From assembly GCA_016927655.1 (NCBI GenBank), contig JAFGMG010000012.1, positions 42,618-106,617 on the forward strand: DNA of 64,000 bases, in the 5' to 3' direction. This stretch comes from Candidatus Dojkabacteria bacterium. GTDB lineage: Bacteria; Patescibacteriota; Dojkabacteria; B142; JAFGMG01. A program made the translations under genes and the position numbers. The notes beneath the pieces are model-generated. The model did no database searches. It had not been told where the DNA came from and worked only from the letters and a program-made list of their open reading frames with translations. Shown here piece after piece: positions 29,227 to 39,354 of the stretch (positions are counted from its first letter, which is position 1; the number at the start of each line of letters is the position of its first letter).

Positions 29227-30371
29227 AGCTCCTCCTGCGCTCTGGTAACTCCTGTGTAGAGCCAGCGCCTGAACATCTCATCATCCATCTGTGGAAAGCG
29301 TTCTTCGAAGAGTATAACTCTTTTTGCCTGGGAGCCCTGGGCTTTGTGAACTGTTAGAGCGTAACCGAAATCAAAAAGGTCTGAATCAATAGTTTTTCTT
29401 CTGTCAGTTCCCATATTCATTGGAGTCTGCGAATGAAATTGTTCTTTCAAAATTTCTCCTTTATAGAACTGATCGTAGTCTTCAAAATCAACTTCAGCAA
29501 GAAAATGTCTCTCCCCAAGACTCTCAATAGATTTCAAAGTCCCCGCCATCCCATTAAAAATCTGCATTTTGTGGTTATTTCGAAGACATATCACCCGATC
29601 TCCGGATTGCGGTTCTAAAGAATGAATATCCAGCAGGCTGCGAATGTACTTATTAAGTTCAACCCGGGTTCTATTGAAACCGCAAAGAACCATAGTATCG
29701 CTATCAAAACTGCAAAACAGATCTTCAATCAACTCGCCGGATTCACTATCAGCCCTGCTCAGTTTTCTTACTTTGTTTGAGAAATCACCAATTGGGATTT
29801 CTCCATTTTTCCTGACTTGTACAGATAGCTGAATGATTGGATTGTCTTTCGCCTGCCGGTGGATTTCCTCAAGTTTTAATAAAGGCTTTTCCATTAGATT
29901 GAAATTTGTCCCAACCGGAGGCAGCTGGCCATGATCTCCTACTGCAATAATTGGCACTTTGAAACTTAAGAGGTCCTGCCAGATTTCGCGCGTGACCATC
30001 GAAGCTTCATCAACCACAATAATATCCGCCTTCAGGTCATCTTTTTTCTCCCAGCCAATGATTTCCTGCGTTCGTGAATCTTCAATTGGAGAGTAAATCA
30101 AAGAGTGAATGGTTCCGGTAAAATCGCCTTTGAATTTTGCTTTCTGTTCCCTAATAGAATTATCCAAGACTCTTGCGGCTTTGCCCGTAAAACTGACAAA
30201 TGCCCACTTGGATTTCTCATCTTTTTTACGAGCCATTCTTCTAAGCAGCCCAATCAGAGTTGTCTTTCCTGTCCCGGCAAAGCCGCCAAGTGTAATAAAT
30301 CCCCCTTGTGGTTTTGCTGCCCATGAAAGTAATGCATCCAATGCGAATTTTTGATCATTTGATAGTTGCAT
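29211..30371 (-). CDS. RecD/Dda-like SF1B DNA helicase
   Basis: GFAGTGKT, VDEASMV, GDHGQLPPV, EIHRQ, YALTVHKAQGSQ, LYTGVTRA. Confidence 0.9.
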   Translation of the reverse strand: MQLSNDQKFALDALLSWAAKPQGGFITLGGFAGTGKTTLIGLLRRMARKKDEKSKWAFVSFTGKAARVLDNSIREQKAKFKGDFTGTIHSLIYSPIEDSRTQEIIGWEKKDDLKADIIVVDEASMVTREIWQDLLSFKVPIIAVGDHGQLPPVGTNFNLMEKPLLKLEEIHRQAKDNPIIQLSVQVRKNGEIPIGDFSNKVRKLSRADSESGELIEDLFCSFDSDTMVLCGFNRTRVELNKYIRSLLDIHSLEPQSGDRVICLRNNHKMQIFNGMAGTLKSIESLGERHFLAEVDFEDYDQFYKGEILKEQFHSQTPMNMGTDRRKTIDSDLFDFGYALTVHKAQGSQAKRVILFEERFPQMDDEMFRRWLYTGVTRAQEELYVVG

Positions 30372-30379
30372 AGTAGTTT

Positions 30380-31654
30380 CTAATTTATACTCCCAGCCAC
30401 AAAGCCGCTGCTCCACGCCCACTGAAGGTTGTAGCCGCCGCATTCACCATCTATATCAAGGACTTCACCACAGAAGAATAATCCAGGCTGAAGTTTTGAT
30501 TCGAGTGTCGCAGGGTTAACTTCTTTTGTATCAACTCCACCCGCTGTGAAATGCGCTTCTTCAAAGCCGCGAACCGAATCGACTTGAAAAGTAAGACCGG
30601 TCAAAAGCTCTGCGATTTTGGATCTCAATTCCTTGTTAATCTCTGCGACTTTTTTGCTTGGATCCATTCCTGCTGTTTCCAAAATCGCAGGAAACACTTT
30701 CTTCGGTAATACTCCAATCAATGAAAAACCAAGGGTGCGATTTGGACTGTTGGTCCAGATGCGCTGAATCATTTCTTCGACCTCCCTGGCATTTTTTCCA
30801 GGAAAAAAATTCAAGCTGATCTCTGCTTTTTTTTCATTCAGGAAAAATTCTCTTGCAATTTCCCGGCTGATTTCCAGAATTCCAGGCGCAGACAAACCGT
30901 AATGAGCAAACATTACAGTCCCGGTGTTTTCTGCTATCACTTCACTACCAATCCTTGCTGTGATAGCAGCTTCCAATTTTGTTCCCTGCAGAATATGCAG
31001 CAGGGGGAAATTTTTAGAATCAGATTCCTTCGTAATATTTAAGCCTGAATAAACAGGGAATGTTTCTATAATCTTGTGCCCGAATTGCCTTGCAAATTCA
31101 TAACCATCCCCAGTAGATCCTGTTTGTTCATGAGTTTTGCCGCCAGTAGCAATTATTAATTTCGAAGTCCCGAAAACCCGTCCATCTGATATTTTAACTG
31201 CAAATTTATTATTTCCAATTTTTTTTATCTCTTTAACTCCCGCTCCATTTATCAATTTTATATTTAATTCCCGGAGTTCGTATTCAAGCACATCAACTAC
31301 TGACTGAGCCTGATTGCCAGCAGGAAACATACGCCCATTATCCTCCTCGACAAATTTGACACCGAGATTTTCGAAAAATTCCTTTGTCTCTTCATAGCCG
31401 AATTTATTGAAAACAGACATAACAAATTTCGGATTATTGCCAAAATAGTGTTTTACCTGCCTTTTATCTTCTTTGGCAAACTTATTCGAGATATTGCACC
31501 TCCCATTTCCGGTAAGTAGAATTTTCTTCCCAAGCTTCTCTTTTTTCTCCAGCAGGACGACTTTCCTGCCAGTTCTAGCAGCTGTAATCGCAGCCATGAT
31601 TCCGGATGCCCCGCCGCCAATAATTACAGTTTCATATTGTAGTAATTTTTCCAT
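30380..31654 (-). CDS. HI0933/BaiN-family flavoprotein
   Basis: GGGASG, GKKILLTGNGRCNISN, ATGG, GSTGDGY, TAGGV, GGYNLQWAWSSG. Confidence 0.92.
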   Translation of the reverse strand: MEKLLQYETVIIGGGASGIMAAITAARTGRKVVLLEKKEKLGKKILLTGNGRCNISNKFAKEDKRQVKHYFGNNPKFVMSVFNKFGYEETKEFFENLGVKFVEEDNGRMFPAGNQAQSVVDVLEYELRELNIKLINGAGVKEIKKIGNNKFAVKISDGRVFGTSKLIIATGGKTHEQTGSTGDGYEFARQFGHKIIETFPVYSGLNITKESDSKNFPLLHILQGTKLEAAITARIGSEVIAENTGTVMFAHYGLSAPGILEISREIAREFFLNEKKAEISLNFFPGKNAREVEEMIQRIWTNSPNRTLGFSLIGVLPKKVFPAILETAGMDPSKKVAEINKELRSKIAELLTGLTFQVDSVRGFEEAHFTAGGVDTKEVNPATLESKLQPGLFFCGEVLDIDGECGGYNLQWAWSSGFVAGSIN

Positions 31655-31722
31655 AGAAGTATTATATCATTCTTGATTTTGCTTAACTATTATGGCAAAT
31701 TGATACTGGTTAAATATTAATT

Positions 31723-32514
31723 ATGACAAAGTCAAATCGGAAGCAAAAAAAACTTGCTCTCTCACTTCGAGGCGGCGGGGCAAGGTGTGCGGCGTATCTT
31801 GGAGCCCTTAGAGCTTTTGAAGAAAATGATATCAAAATTGACATGATCACAGGTGCAAGCGGCGGAGCAATCACTGGCGGATCGTACGCTGCTGGAAAGA
31901 GTATTGATGAGATTATAGAGCATTTTAAAAATATTAAATACTCAAAGTATATTGGCCTAGATTCATTAAAAAATATCTCAATAGCAAGCGAAGACAAATC
32001 AATAGAATATGCAAAAGAACTAGTCGGCGACATGCGAATTGAGTCAACAAAGATTAAATTCTGGCCCCAGGTGACAAGGATATTAACCGGTGATGTGGAA
32101 TACCTAGCAACCGGCTCGCTTGCTGAATCAGCTGTTGCTTCATCTGCAGCCCCTGGATTTATGAAACCAGTTACAATTAAAAACAAAAAATATATTGACG
32201 GGGATATTTCCGGAGGTTTTGGAGCAGAGTTCCTCAGAAATAACGGCGCAGATATTGTAATTGGGCTCGCAGTGGGAGAATTCAAGTTCTTTGAAAATTA
32301 CGATACAACATTGGATAAGCTTCTCCTTCCTTTTAATATCATGCTTTACAGAATCAAGAATCTGGACCTGAAACTAAATCCTGTTGATTTTCTGATAGAT
32401 GGTATGGGCTTGGAGTATGGCTTTTTTGATTTCAAAAAAGCCCAGGAAATAGCGGAACATGGGTACGAAATGACTATGGAAAAAATTCCTGAAATAAAAG
32501 CCCTGCTATTCTAA
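31723..32514 (+). CDS. Patatin-like phospholipase
   Basis: GGGAR, GASGG nucleophile elbow, ASSAAPG, DGD variant of DGG. Confidence 0.88.
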   Translation: MTKSNRKQKKLALSLRGGGARCAAYLGALRAFEENDIKIDMITGASGGAITGGSYAAGKSIDEIIEHFKNIKYSKYIGLDSLKNISIASEDKSIEYAKELVGDMRIESTKIKFWPQVTRILTGDVEYLATGSLAESAVASSAAPGFMKPVTIKNKKYIDGDISGGFGAEFLRNNGADIVIGLAVGEFKFFENYDTTLDKLLLPFNIMLYRIKNLDLKLNPVDFLIDGMGLEYGFFDFKKAQEIAEHGYEMTMEKIPEIKALLF

Positions 32515-34244
32515 TCCTTCAGCTCACCTGTCTGCAGGTTCCACAGACCATTATAAAGCCCGCCCTTTTTGGCTGAAAGTTCTGTGTGAGTACCTTCCTC
32601 GAATATCTCCCCATCTTTAAGCACAATTATCCTGTCTGCTTTTCTGATAGTTGAAAGCCTATGTGCAATCACAATAGTAGTTTTATCTTCCGCAATTTCC
32701 CAAAATGCTTGCTGAATAGCTTTTTCAGACTCGGAATCCAGCTGGCTCGTAGCTTCATCAAAAACTACGATCGGCGGGTTTTCAAGAATCGTTCTTGCAA
32801 TCGCCAGTCTCTGTCTTTGTCCGCCCGATAATTTGATCCCGCGCTCTCCTACTAATGTGTCATATTTCTCAGGCAGCCGCTCTATAAATTCATCCAGATT
32901 CGCTAATTTTGCAGCATTTTTGATCTCCTTCAAACTCGCATTCTCTTTCGCGTAGCCGATATTAAATCTTATAGTATCATTAAACATCATTGTGTCTTGA
33001 GGAACAATTCCGATTGCTTTTCTCAAACTTTCCTTCGTTAGATTTTTGATATTCTTCCCGTCAATTAATATTTCCCCGCTTGTTACGTCATAAAATCTCA
33101 ATAATAATTTCACGAGAGTCGATTTGCCGGCTCCGGAAACTCCAACCAGAGCGACAGATTCATTTGGTTTGATATCCAGATTAAAATTGCTGATTACCTT
33201 TTCTCTTTCTCTGTACTGAAAATTTACATTTTTGTATTCAATATGCCCCTTTACATTCTTCAGGATTTCGGCATCCGGCTCTTCGACAATCTCGGTCTTC
33301 TCGTCTAGAACTTCAAGATACTTTTCAAAATCAGTCTGATTTTTTGTCAATTCCCTAAATCTAAAAATCACCTCTCCAAGACGCGGGAAAAATGAAATCG
33401 AAAGAGTAACAACCAAAGCAAATTCTCCCACGCTCATTGTGCCGGCAAGAAGCTGTTCTCTGCTGACTAACATCAGAAGTGTCACACTCACAGTGATCAG
33501 AATTCCGATCCAGAGTTCAATTACTCTAAACGAATTAGCATAGCTCCAGATTGCTTTTGTCCAGTTATCATACTGATTGGTTAACCGTTTTTGCTCTAGA
33601 TTTTCATTCCCGAAATATTTCACTGTATCATAATTAATCATATTATCAGCAATTATTCCAGTGATATTGTCTTCCTGTCTGTTCAGCTCTCTTCTGGTCC
33701 GCATATTTATTTTTATCAAGACATATGTAAAGCCAAGATTTAATACAAACCCGACTAAAATTATTATCATTAAAATCGGGCTGACCAGAAAGAATGCCAC
33801 AGCAGTAAATATCAGATCGATCAACACACGCAGCAGATTTCTCTCAATTTCGATATTGTAGCTCCAAAAGGCATTCTCACCTCTTCGCATCATAGAAATC
33901 AATGAACCGCTTCTTTTATTTGTGTGATAAAAAACATCAAGTTCGTGAAGTTTTCTAAAAATATCAAGTTTCATGTCTCTATTTGCATTGATCATATATT
34001 TATCATGGATCAAATTTCCCAAAGGGCCGATCAGCGTAGAGAAAATCTGCGGAAGAGCAAATAGCAAAACATAGAAAAGCATCTTCGAATAATCTCCCTC
34101 CCCCACTGCATTAAAAATATATTTGGTCATATAATACGCTGTATTGTCTGCAATCCTAGCCAGAGCCAGAAGCAGCATACCGATAAAAAAACTGTATTTG
34201 TAACGTTTGATATATTTTAGAGAGAAACGGATGATACGTCTCAT
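32511..34244 (-). CDS. ABC exporter, fused permease and ATPase (Atm1/MsbA-like)
   Basis: TM domain, GVSGAGKS, LSGGQRQR, FDEATSQLD, IAHRLST. Confidence 0.93.
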   Translation of the reverse strand: MRRIIRFSLKYIKRYKYSFFIGMLLLALARIADNTAYYMTKYIFNAVGEGDYSKMLFYVLLFALPQIFSTLIGPLGNLIHDKYMINANRDMKLDIFRKLHELDVFYHTNKRSGSLISMMRRGENAFWSYNIEIERNLLRVLIDLIFTAVAFFLVSPILMIIILVGFVLNLGFTYVLIKINMRTRRELNRQEDNITGIIADNMINYDTVKYFGNENLEQKRLTNQYDNWTKAIWSYANSFRVIELWIGILITVSVTLLMLVSREQLLAGTMSVGEFALVVTLSISFFPRLGEVIFRFRELTKNQTDFEKYLEVLDEKTEIVEEPDAEILKNVKGHIEYKNVNFQYREREKVISNFNLDIKPNESVALVGVSGAGKSTLVKLLLRFYDVTSGEILIDGKNIKNLTKESLRKAIGIVPQDTMMFNDTIRFNIGYAKENASLKEIKNAAKLANLDEFIERLPEKYDTLVGERGIKLSGGQRQRLAIARTILENPPIVVFDEATSQLDSESEKAIQQAFWEIAEDKTTIVIAHRLSTIRKADRIIVLKDGEIFEEGTHTELSAKKGGLYNGLWNLQTGELKD

Positions 34245-34305
34245 GATATTTTCGGAAAAAATTCGCCATCATTGTAGCATAGCTTTTATGCCTAGGCTAT
34301 ATACT

Positions 34306-34485
34306 TTAAGCTAATTTTTCCACCTCTGCTTTAAGATCAAAGACAATAGCATTGATTCTGCTAAGCGTCTCGTATAGTTTGTCCCGTTCATTTGCATTTA
34401 GAGAAGTCCTGGCTATTTGCAAAAGCCGATCTGTATGCCCGATAATTTCAATTGCCTTGTCTGTTATAGAATCGTTTATTGACAT
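34306..34485 (-). CDS. Small hypothetical helical protein, 59 aa; missing from the ORF track
   Basis: MSINDSITDKAIEIIGHTDRLLQIARTSLNANERDKLYETLSRINAIVFDLKAEVEKLA; fills the gap and is divergent from the XRE gene. Confidence 0.55.
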   Translation of the reverse strand: MSINDSITDKAIEIIGHTDRLLQIARTSLNANERDKLYETLSRINAIVFDLKAEVEKLA

Positions 34486-34608
34486 AATTGGATGGGTAAA
34501 AAATAAAATAATTAAGAAGTGTTAATATATCAGAGTATAGAATTTAGTTCATGGAAAATAGATAACAATTCTATTCATATAGAAGAAGTTTCAGTATATA
34601 GTTAAATC

Positions 34609-35211
34609 ATGAACAAAGACAATACAATCGGGATACAAATTAAAAAAGCCAGAACTGAAAACGGACTCTCACAAGAAGAGCTGGGAGAGAAAATCGGCGT
34701 AACCTGGGAAATGATCAGCAGATATGAAAATGGCAGAAGCAGTCCTTCAAGACATTTAGATAAACTGGCTAAAGTATTGGGTAAATCTGTCGCATATCTT
34801 TATGGACAGGATACTGACCCGATTAAGTATAACGTTGAAAAAATCGCCAGTGCACTTCGCGAACAAGGAATTGGCTACGAGAGAAAAGCTAATGAGGTCG
34901 TTCTCGTAGATGATATCGCTATTCTTGGATTTGAAAGAAGCCTGAAATTAACCAGACAGTATTACAATGCTCCTGAATGGCTTTTGGAAAAATATGGGGA
35001 TGTTTTTGCATTAAGACTAAATAGTATACTGCCTGATGAATTGGACACAAATGAAGGCGATATTGGATTTTTCTCCACAAGTTTGAAACCAACTACAGGA
35101 GACATAGTTCTTGCTTATTCCGGGAAAAAATATTCACTTAAGAAATTCTCATTAAAGTTAAAAGGCGAGGTCCTCGCCGTACTTCTTGTGCAGGAGAAGA
35201 GATTTAGATAG
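34609..35211 (+). CDS. XRE HTH regulator with a degenerate S24/LexA-like C-terminal domain
   Basis: GLSQEELGEKIGVTWEMISRYENG; C-terminal FALRL...EGD...P..GDIVLA...LKKF. Confidence 0.8.
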   Translation: MNKDNTIGIQIKKARTENGLSQEELGEKIGVTWEMISRYENGRSSPSRHLDKLAKVLGKSVAYLYGQDTDPIKYNVEKIASALREQGIGYERKANEVVLVDDIAILGFERSLKLTRQYYNAPEWLLEKYGDVFALRLNSILPDELDTNEGDIGFFSTSLKPTTGDIVLAYSGKKYSLKKFSLKLKGEVLAVLLVQEKRFR

Positions 35212-35219
35212 AACTTTAT

Positions 35220-35516
35220 TCAAAGGTCTACTTCAATTTCTAACTTACAATCCAGCGCTTCAACTACTTGCAATAAGCTATCCAGTTTTACGGGTTTGCC
35301 ATTTTCGATTTTTGATAGGGTTTTCAGGTTTACCTTGGCTTTCTTTGCTAGTAACTTGGCAGACATTTCTCTCTCTATTCGCCGAAGACTTTTGATTTTT
35401 ACTGCGATTTCCATTCGTCTAGCCTTGGCATTGGTTTTTACCCGATCATTTTTTGATAGCAGATTATATTTAAATCTTTGTGTTGAGAGATCTCTTTCCA
35501 TAAGTTTTCCAAACAT
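35220..35516 (-). CDS. Small XRE-family HTH regulator (start may be 35501)
   Basis: MSAKLLAKKAKVNLKTLSKIENGKPVKLDSLL; paralog of 6650..6919. Confidence 0.8.
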   Translation of the reverse strand: MFGKLMERDLSTQRFKYNLLSKNDRVKTNAKARRMEIAVKIKSLRRIEREMSAKLLAKKAKVNLKTLSKIENGKPVKLDSLLQVVEALDCKLEIEVDL

Positions 35517-35635
35517 TACTCTTCGGTAATGCTGACCAATTATTGGCCGATTCTATCACCAGGATCCTTTGTCTGGCAAACCTTCACAAGCACGCAAGGA
35601 TGCATTCACCGATCGACATTACCTAAAGGTAATTT
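35513..35635. promoter_or_regulatory. Pair of 20-bp palindromic sites 103 bp apart flanking a minus-strand promoter
   Basis: ACATTACTCTTCGGTAATGC (35513) and ACATTACCTAAAGGTAATTT (35616); TTGCCA-N18-TAGAAT between them on the minus strand. Confidence 0.65.
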
Positions 35636-35678
35636 TCTAAATTCATGTAAAAGCGATCACCTTGCAGGCTCGCATGCC

Positions 35679-36812
35679 CTATTTGTCGCTTAGGACGAGG
35701 AAATATATCCGCCTTTTGATCCTAGCTTTGTCAGGAGTGTCATACTCGATTGGACTATGGGTTGTTTCAAATCCGTACTTCTTAATAAATCCTGTCTCTA
35801 CTTCTACAGTTCTGCCATCATATGTCTCGAAAAACGGAATAATGCAGACAACCGGAGCCCCTTTTGTTAAATTTTCCGCTAGATTTGCAAATACAGCACT
35901 GTACAGAAGTGACAATTCAGAACTTATTTTTTTAGCCTTTTCATAGTTTGGCAGTTTTTCCATAAAAGGGCCCATATATGGCTCGAAAACACATGCATCA
36001 GCCTGAAATGTTGCCGTTTGGGCATCTTCGCAGATTAGTTTACAATTCTTCTGAAGGTTAAAGCTTTTTTTTGCCCAATTTGTATTAGCAAGCGAAGCGT
36101 CAATCATTCTCTGCTCATTATCTATTCCAATCACATCAAATCCTGCAAACATTCCCTCTATTAGAAACGTTCCAATCCCGCAAAACGGATCTACAAGTGT
36201 TTTCGAGCCATCAAGTCCCAAGCAATTGACCATCATGCGTGCCAGCCGAAAAGACGTCCCTCTTGTAAATTCCTGCTTGGGGCGTTTATTATCCAGCTCC
36301 TCAAATATTTCAGAGTCGCCGCATGCGATTGTCTTTGCAAAATAGTAATTACCATCTTCTTTTAATAAAAACAATTCAAACCCTTCGGAAAGATTCCATG
36401 ATTTGAAATTTGCCGGACTCGCTATCCAATCGTCTGGTCTTTTTTCAACACCTCGAATTTTAAACTTCTTCTGCAATTTTTTAAGAATCCCACGAACTTG
36501 ATTGAGTTCATCCTCCCCACAGTTGACCCCACTAATTGCATAATTGAAATTTTTCTCAAAATAGAAGCCAAGCTTTTCAATTTGCTCCTCAGTTATTTCT
36601 GATGAAGCGGCGAAAAACTCCGCAATTCTCACAGTCCCGCCAAGCCTTTTTATAAGTTTCTTCACATCAACATCCTCTCCAAACTCAACAACCTGATAAT
36701 CCCCTTTCTCAAAAGCCACACTGAAGGCAAAGCTCTGCGATCCACAATATTTTTCAAATTCAATTTTTCCGAGTTCGGCATCTCTGCCATAGATTACCAA
36801 ATGCATTGTCAC
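35679..36812 (-). CDS. SAM-dependent RNA methyltransferase (Trm11/THUMP-like)
   Basis: LGGTVRIAE, LARMMVN, VDPFCGIGTFLIE, EPYMGP. Confidence 0.8.
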   Translation of the reverse strand: MTMHLVIYGRDAELGKIEFEKYCGSQSFAFSVAFEKGDYQVVEFGEDVDVKKLIKRLGGTVRIAEFFAASSEITEEQIEKLGFYFEKNFNYAISGVNCGEDELNQVRGILKKLQKKFKIRGVEKRPDDWIASPANFKSWNLSEGFELFLLKEDGNYYFAKTIACGDSEIFEELDNKRPKQEFTRGTSFRLARMMVNCLGLDGSKTLVDPFCGIGTFLIEGMFAGFDVIGIDNEQRMIDASLANTNWAKKSFNLQKNCKLICEDAQTATFQADACVFEPYMGPFMEKLPNYEKAKKISSELSLLYSAVFANLAENLTKGAPVVCIIPFFETYDGRTVEVETGFIKKYGFETTHSPIEYDTPDKARIKRRIYFLVLSDK

Positions 36813-36865
36813 TGGTATAAATTTATGATTTAATCTGATTGTAACAGTTTATAAATCTTTTTAAA

Positions 36866-37450
36866 ATGCTGGATTTCTCTGATTCATTCATTAGAAAATA
36901 TATCAATTTCCTGTCTTTATATATTTTCCTTGCTGGTAACATAATCCTTATACTGCTACTGCTGCCAGGAGATATTGACATCACAAAAGTGGAAATAAGC
37001 AAACTCGGAGTTTCAGAAAAGTACGGCACTATTTTCAATATGCTTTTTATGTTTTGCGGCCTGCTCGAAGTTGGGTTTGCATATTTGATTATCAAAAGAT
37101 TTAAATTCAACTTTTACGAGTCCCTATTTTTTCTCACACCCTGGGTACTGACTTTTGGTATTGGTTTTTTCAATCTTGATTCAAATGAAACGCTGCACAA
37201 ATTTTCCGCTTACTCATTTGCTATTACCTGGATATTCATGCAACTAGTCATGATTATCAAATTCTACTCAAAGCGATTCAAAAATATTACCTTAGCTACA
37301 ATATTCTTCCAGCTGCTAACAGGAGTGGTTTTTCTACTCTATTATGGAAAAATTAACGGCGTTTTTGAGATGACCTACATGACTTTTGTATATTTTTGGG
37401 CTTTCTATATGCTGATGACACTCAAGCGCAAATTATCCAACAAGGCTTGA
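36866..37450 (+). CDS. Membrane protein (DUF998-like)
   Basis: ISKLG...FN, GIGFF...LH pattern, about 6 TM segments. Confidence 0.6.
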   Translation: MLDFSDSFIRKYINFLSLYIFLAGNIILILLLLPGDIDITKVEISKLGVSEKYGTIFNMLFMFCGLLEVGFAYLIIKRFKFNFYESLFFLTPWVLTFGIGFFNLDSNETLHKFSAYSFAITWIFMQLVMIIKFYSKRFKNITLATIFFQLLTGVVFLLYYGKINGVFEMTYMTFVYFWAFYMLMTLKRKLSNKA

Positions 37451-38067
37451 ACCGATTCGTCATTTATTTCTTCAGGTTTGATCTCACATTTTTCGAATAT
37501 TTGATTTTCGATTTTCTGCCAATATCCTACCAACTCGTCAAACTTATCTACTTCAGTTAAGTGTTTAAAGTGATTTCTTTTCTTATATCGGTCTCTCGAT
37601 TTATGGTGCCTCTCTTCCATTGATTTGATCCCGTCAATGTCCACCCTTTGATCCGAATACCTTGAAATCTTTGCATTAAAATTCTCCGATTCTGCCGTTT
37701 TGTTACCATTCGCAAATCCCCAATCCCTTAGAATCTCCATCACATCCTCTCCAACTCCGATCTCCTTTGCTATCTGAAATGTTGCTTTGTGTTCATCTTC
37801 TCCATATTTCAAGATAAATTCATCTTGAACTCCTTTCCAATACTCATATCCTTCCGGCTTTAAATGTTCAGGATAGAGTTGCAAATTAAATTTAATAATA
37901 TTTCCCATGTCATGCAGCAAACAAGACGTGATTATGATCGTCTCATCAAGACCAGAAGGAGCTTTGAAATTATCAACTATCTGCTTAGCAACCGCGGCAA
38001 CTCTTAGCTGGTGCTCTTGCAGCTGCGGAGGAATTTTGTATTTTTTATAAATTTCTGCAATTTTCAT
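37405..38067 (-). CDS. HD-domain protein
   Basis: H.LRVA, CLLHDMGN, YSDQRV. Confidence 0.8.
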   Translation of the reverse strand: MKIAEIYKKYKIPPQLQEHQLRVAAVAKQIVDNFKAPSGLDETIIITSCLLHDMGNIIKFNLQLYPEHLKPEGYEYWKGVQDEFILKYGEDEHKATFQIAKEIGVGEDVMEILRDWGFANGNKTAESENFNAKISRYSDQRVDIDGIKSMEERHHKSRDRYKKRNHFKHLTEVDKFDELVGYWQKIENQIFEKCEIKPEEINDESVQALLDNLRLSVISI

Positions 38068-38116
38068 GCGATAATTATACTTGTTTTTGAAATCAAACTA
38101 AATTAAGATATTTTGT

Positions 38117-39346
38117 ATGAAGATTGTCTACATTTCACATATGCATTTGAGGAAGGACTTCCCTCTTGAAAATATCGGGGGGATCCAGAGAATGAGTACG
38201 CAGCTTCTTGAAAACCTCGAAGCCCAGAAAAATCTCGAAATAATACCCATGCTTTGCTACGCTGACCGGGAGCATATGCTGGTGCCGGCAGCCATGTTCT
38301 GGATTAGGATGATGTTGATCTTGCCAGGCGTGATCATCAGAAGACAGCCCGACGCGATAGTATTCACATCAATGGTCACTGCAAATCTGGCGATTCCTCT
38401 TCGACTTTTTGGGATTCGTACGCCCCTTATTACAATCAATCACGGCCATGACATTACTATGCCTGCTCCATGGTATCAATTTTTGCTTCGTCGAATTACT
38501 TTCCCGCTGCTTGACGGGACAATCTCAGTCTCAAGAGCAACCAGACAGGCAACTCTTAAACGCGGGGTAAAGAATAAAAAAGCCGTTGTAATACCAAATG
38601 GGATGGAACTTGGAGACTGGCAGAACGGAAGGACTAAAAAAGAAGCAAGAAAAATTCTACAGGAAACTTTTGCTCTGCCATTAAAGAAAGATACAAAAAT
38701 CATGCTTACTATCGGAAGACAGGTCAGACGCAAAGGACATAAATGGTTTATTGAAGAAGTACTCCCGCAAGTGAAATGCAACTGTATGTATCTGGTAATA
38801 GGAGACGGTCCCGAACATGAGAGAATTGTAAGGACAATGGAAAAATCTACTGAAAAGAATCGAATATTGATACTCGGTAGACAGCCAGATAGTGTTGTAA
38901 AACTCGCATACCGGGCAGCTGATGTATTTATCATGCCAAATATCAAAGTTCATAATGACATGGAGGGTTTCGGCCTTGTAATGATTGAAGCCAATTCTTC
39001 TGAAACCCCCGTCATAGCGAGCGATTTAGAAGGTATCAAAGATGTCATTGCGAATGGAGAAAATGGATACAGAGTCAAATACAAAAGTGCAAAAGCATTC
39101 GCAAAAAGAATAGACGATGTACTTTCAGCAGAACACAAGAAGCTTGGAGAAAATTCCCGCAAATACGTAGAGGCTAATTTCACATGGGCTCCAATTGCTA
39201 AAAAATACATTAAAGAAATTGACAAATTTAGTGAAATTAAGAAAAAAGAGCTTTTTGAGCAAAGGAAGTCAATGGTCAAAAGATTCAGTTTCGGTAAAAT
39301 TGACTATGAAAAAGTTGCTAACTGGATGGCGAGACTGGCAAACTGA
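38117..39346 (+). CDS. Glycosyltransferase family 4
   Basis: GGI, VIPNG, GRQVRRKG, EGFGLVMIEA. Confidence 0.9.
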   Translation: MKIVYISHMHLRKDFPLENIGGIQRMSTQLLENLEAQKNLEIIPMLCYADREHMLVPAAMFWIRMMLILPGVIIRRQPDAIVFTSMVTANLAIPLRLFGIRTPLITINHGHDITMPAPWYQFLLRRITFPLLDGTISVSRATRQATLKRGVKNKKAVVIPNGMELGDWQNGRTKKEARKILQETFALPLKKDTKIMLTIGRQVRRKGHKWFIEEVLPQVKCNCMYLVIGDGPEHERIVRTMEKSTEKNRILILGRQPDSVVKLAYRAADVFIMPNIKVHNDMEGFGLVMIEANSSETPVIASDLEGIKDVIANGENGYRVKYKSAKAFAKRIDDVLSAEHKKLGENSRKYVEANFTWAPIAKKYIKEIDKFSEIKKKELFEQRKSMVKRFSFGKIDYEKVANWMARLAN

Positions 39347-39354
39347 CTTCAAGC

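Noticed and set aside
29211-32514. Helicase + patatin + 2H phosphoesterase as an anti-phage system
   Set aside because: Mixed orientations and no cyclase or other defence core gene
35525-35623. Long GGTAATG/CATTACC stem as an ncRNA (SRP, 6S or 5S)
   Set aside because: No family signature; the pairing is explained by the two flanking palindromes
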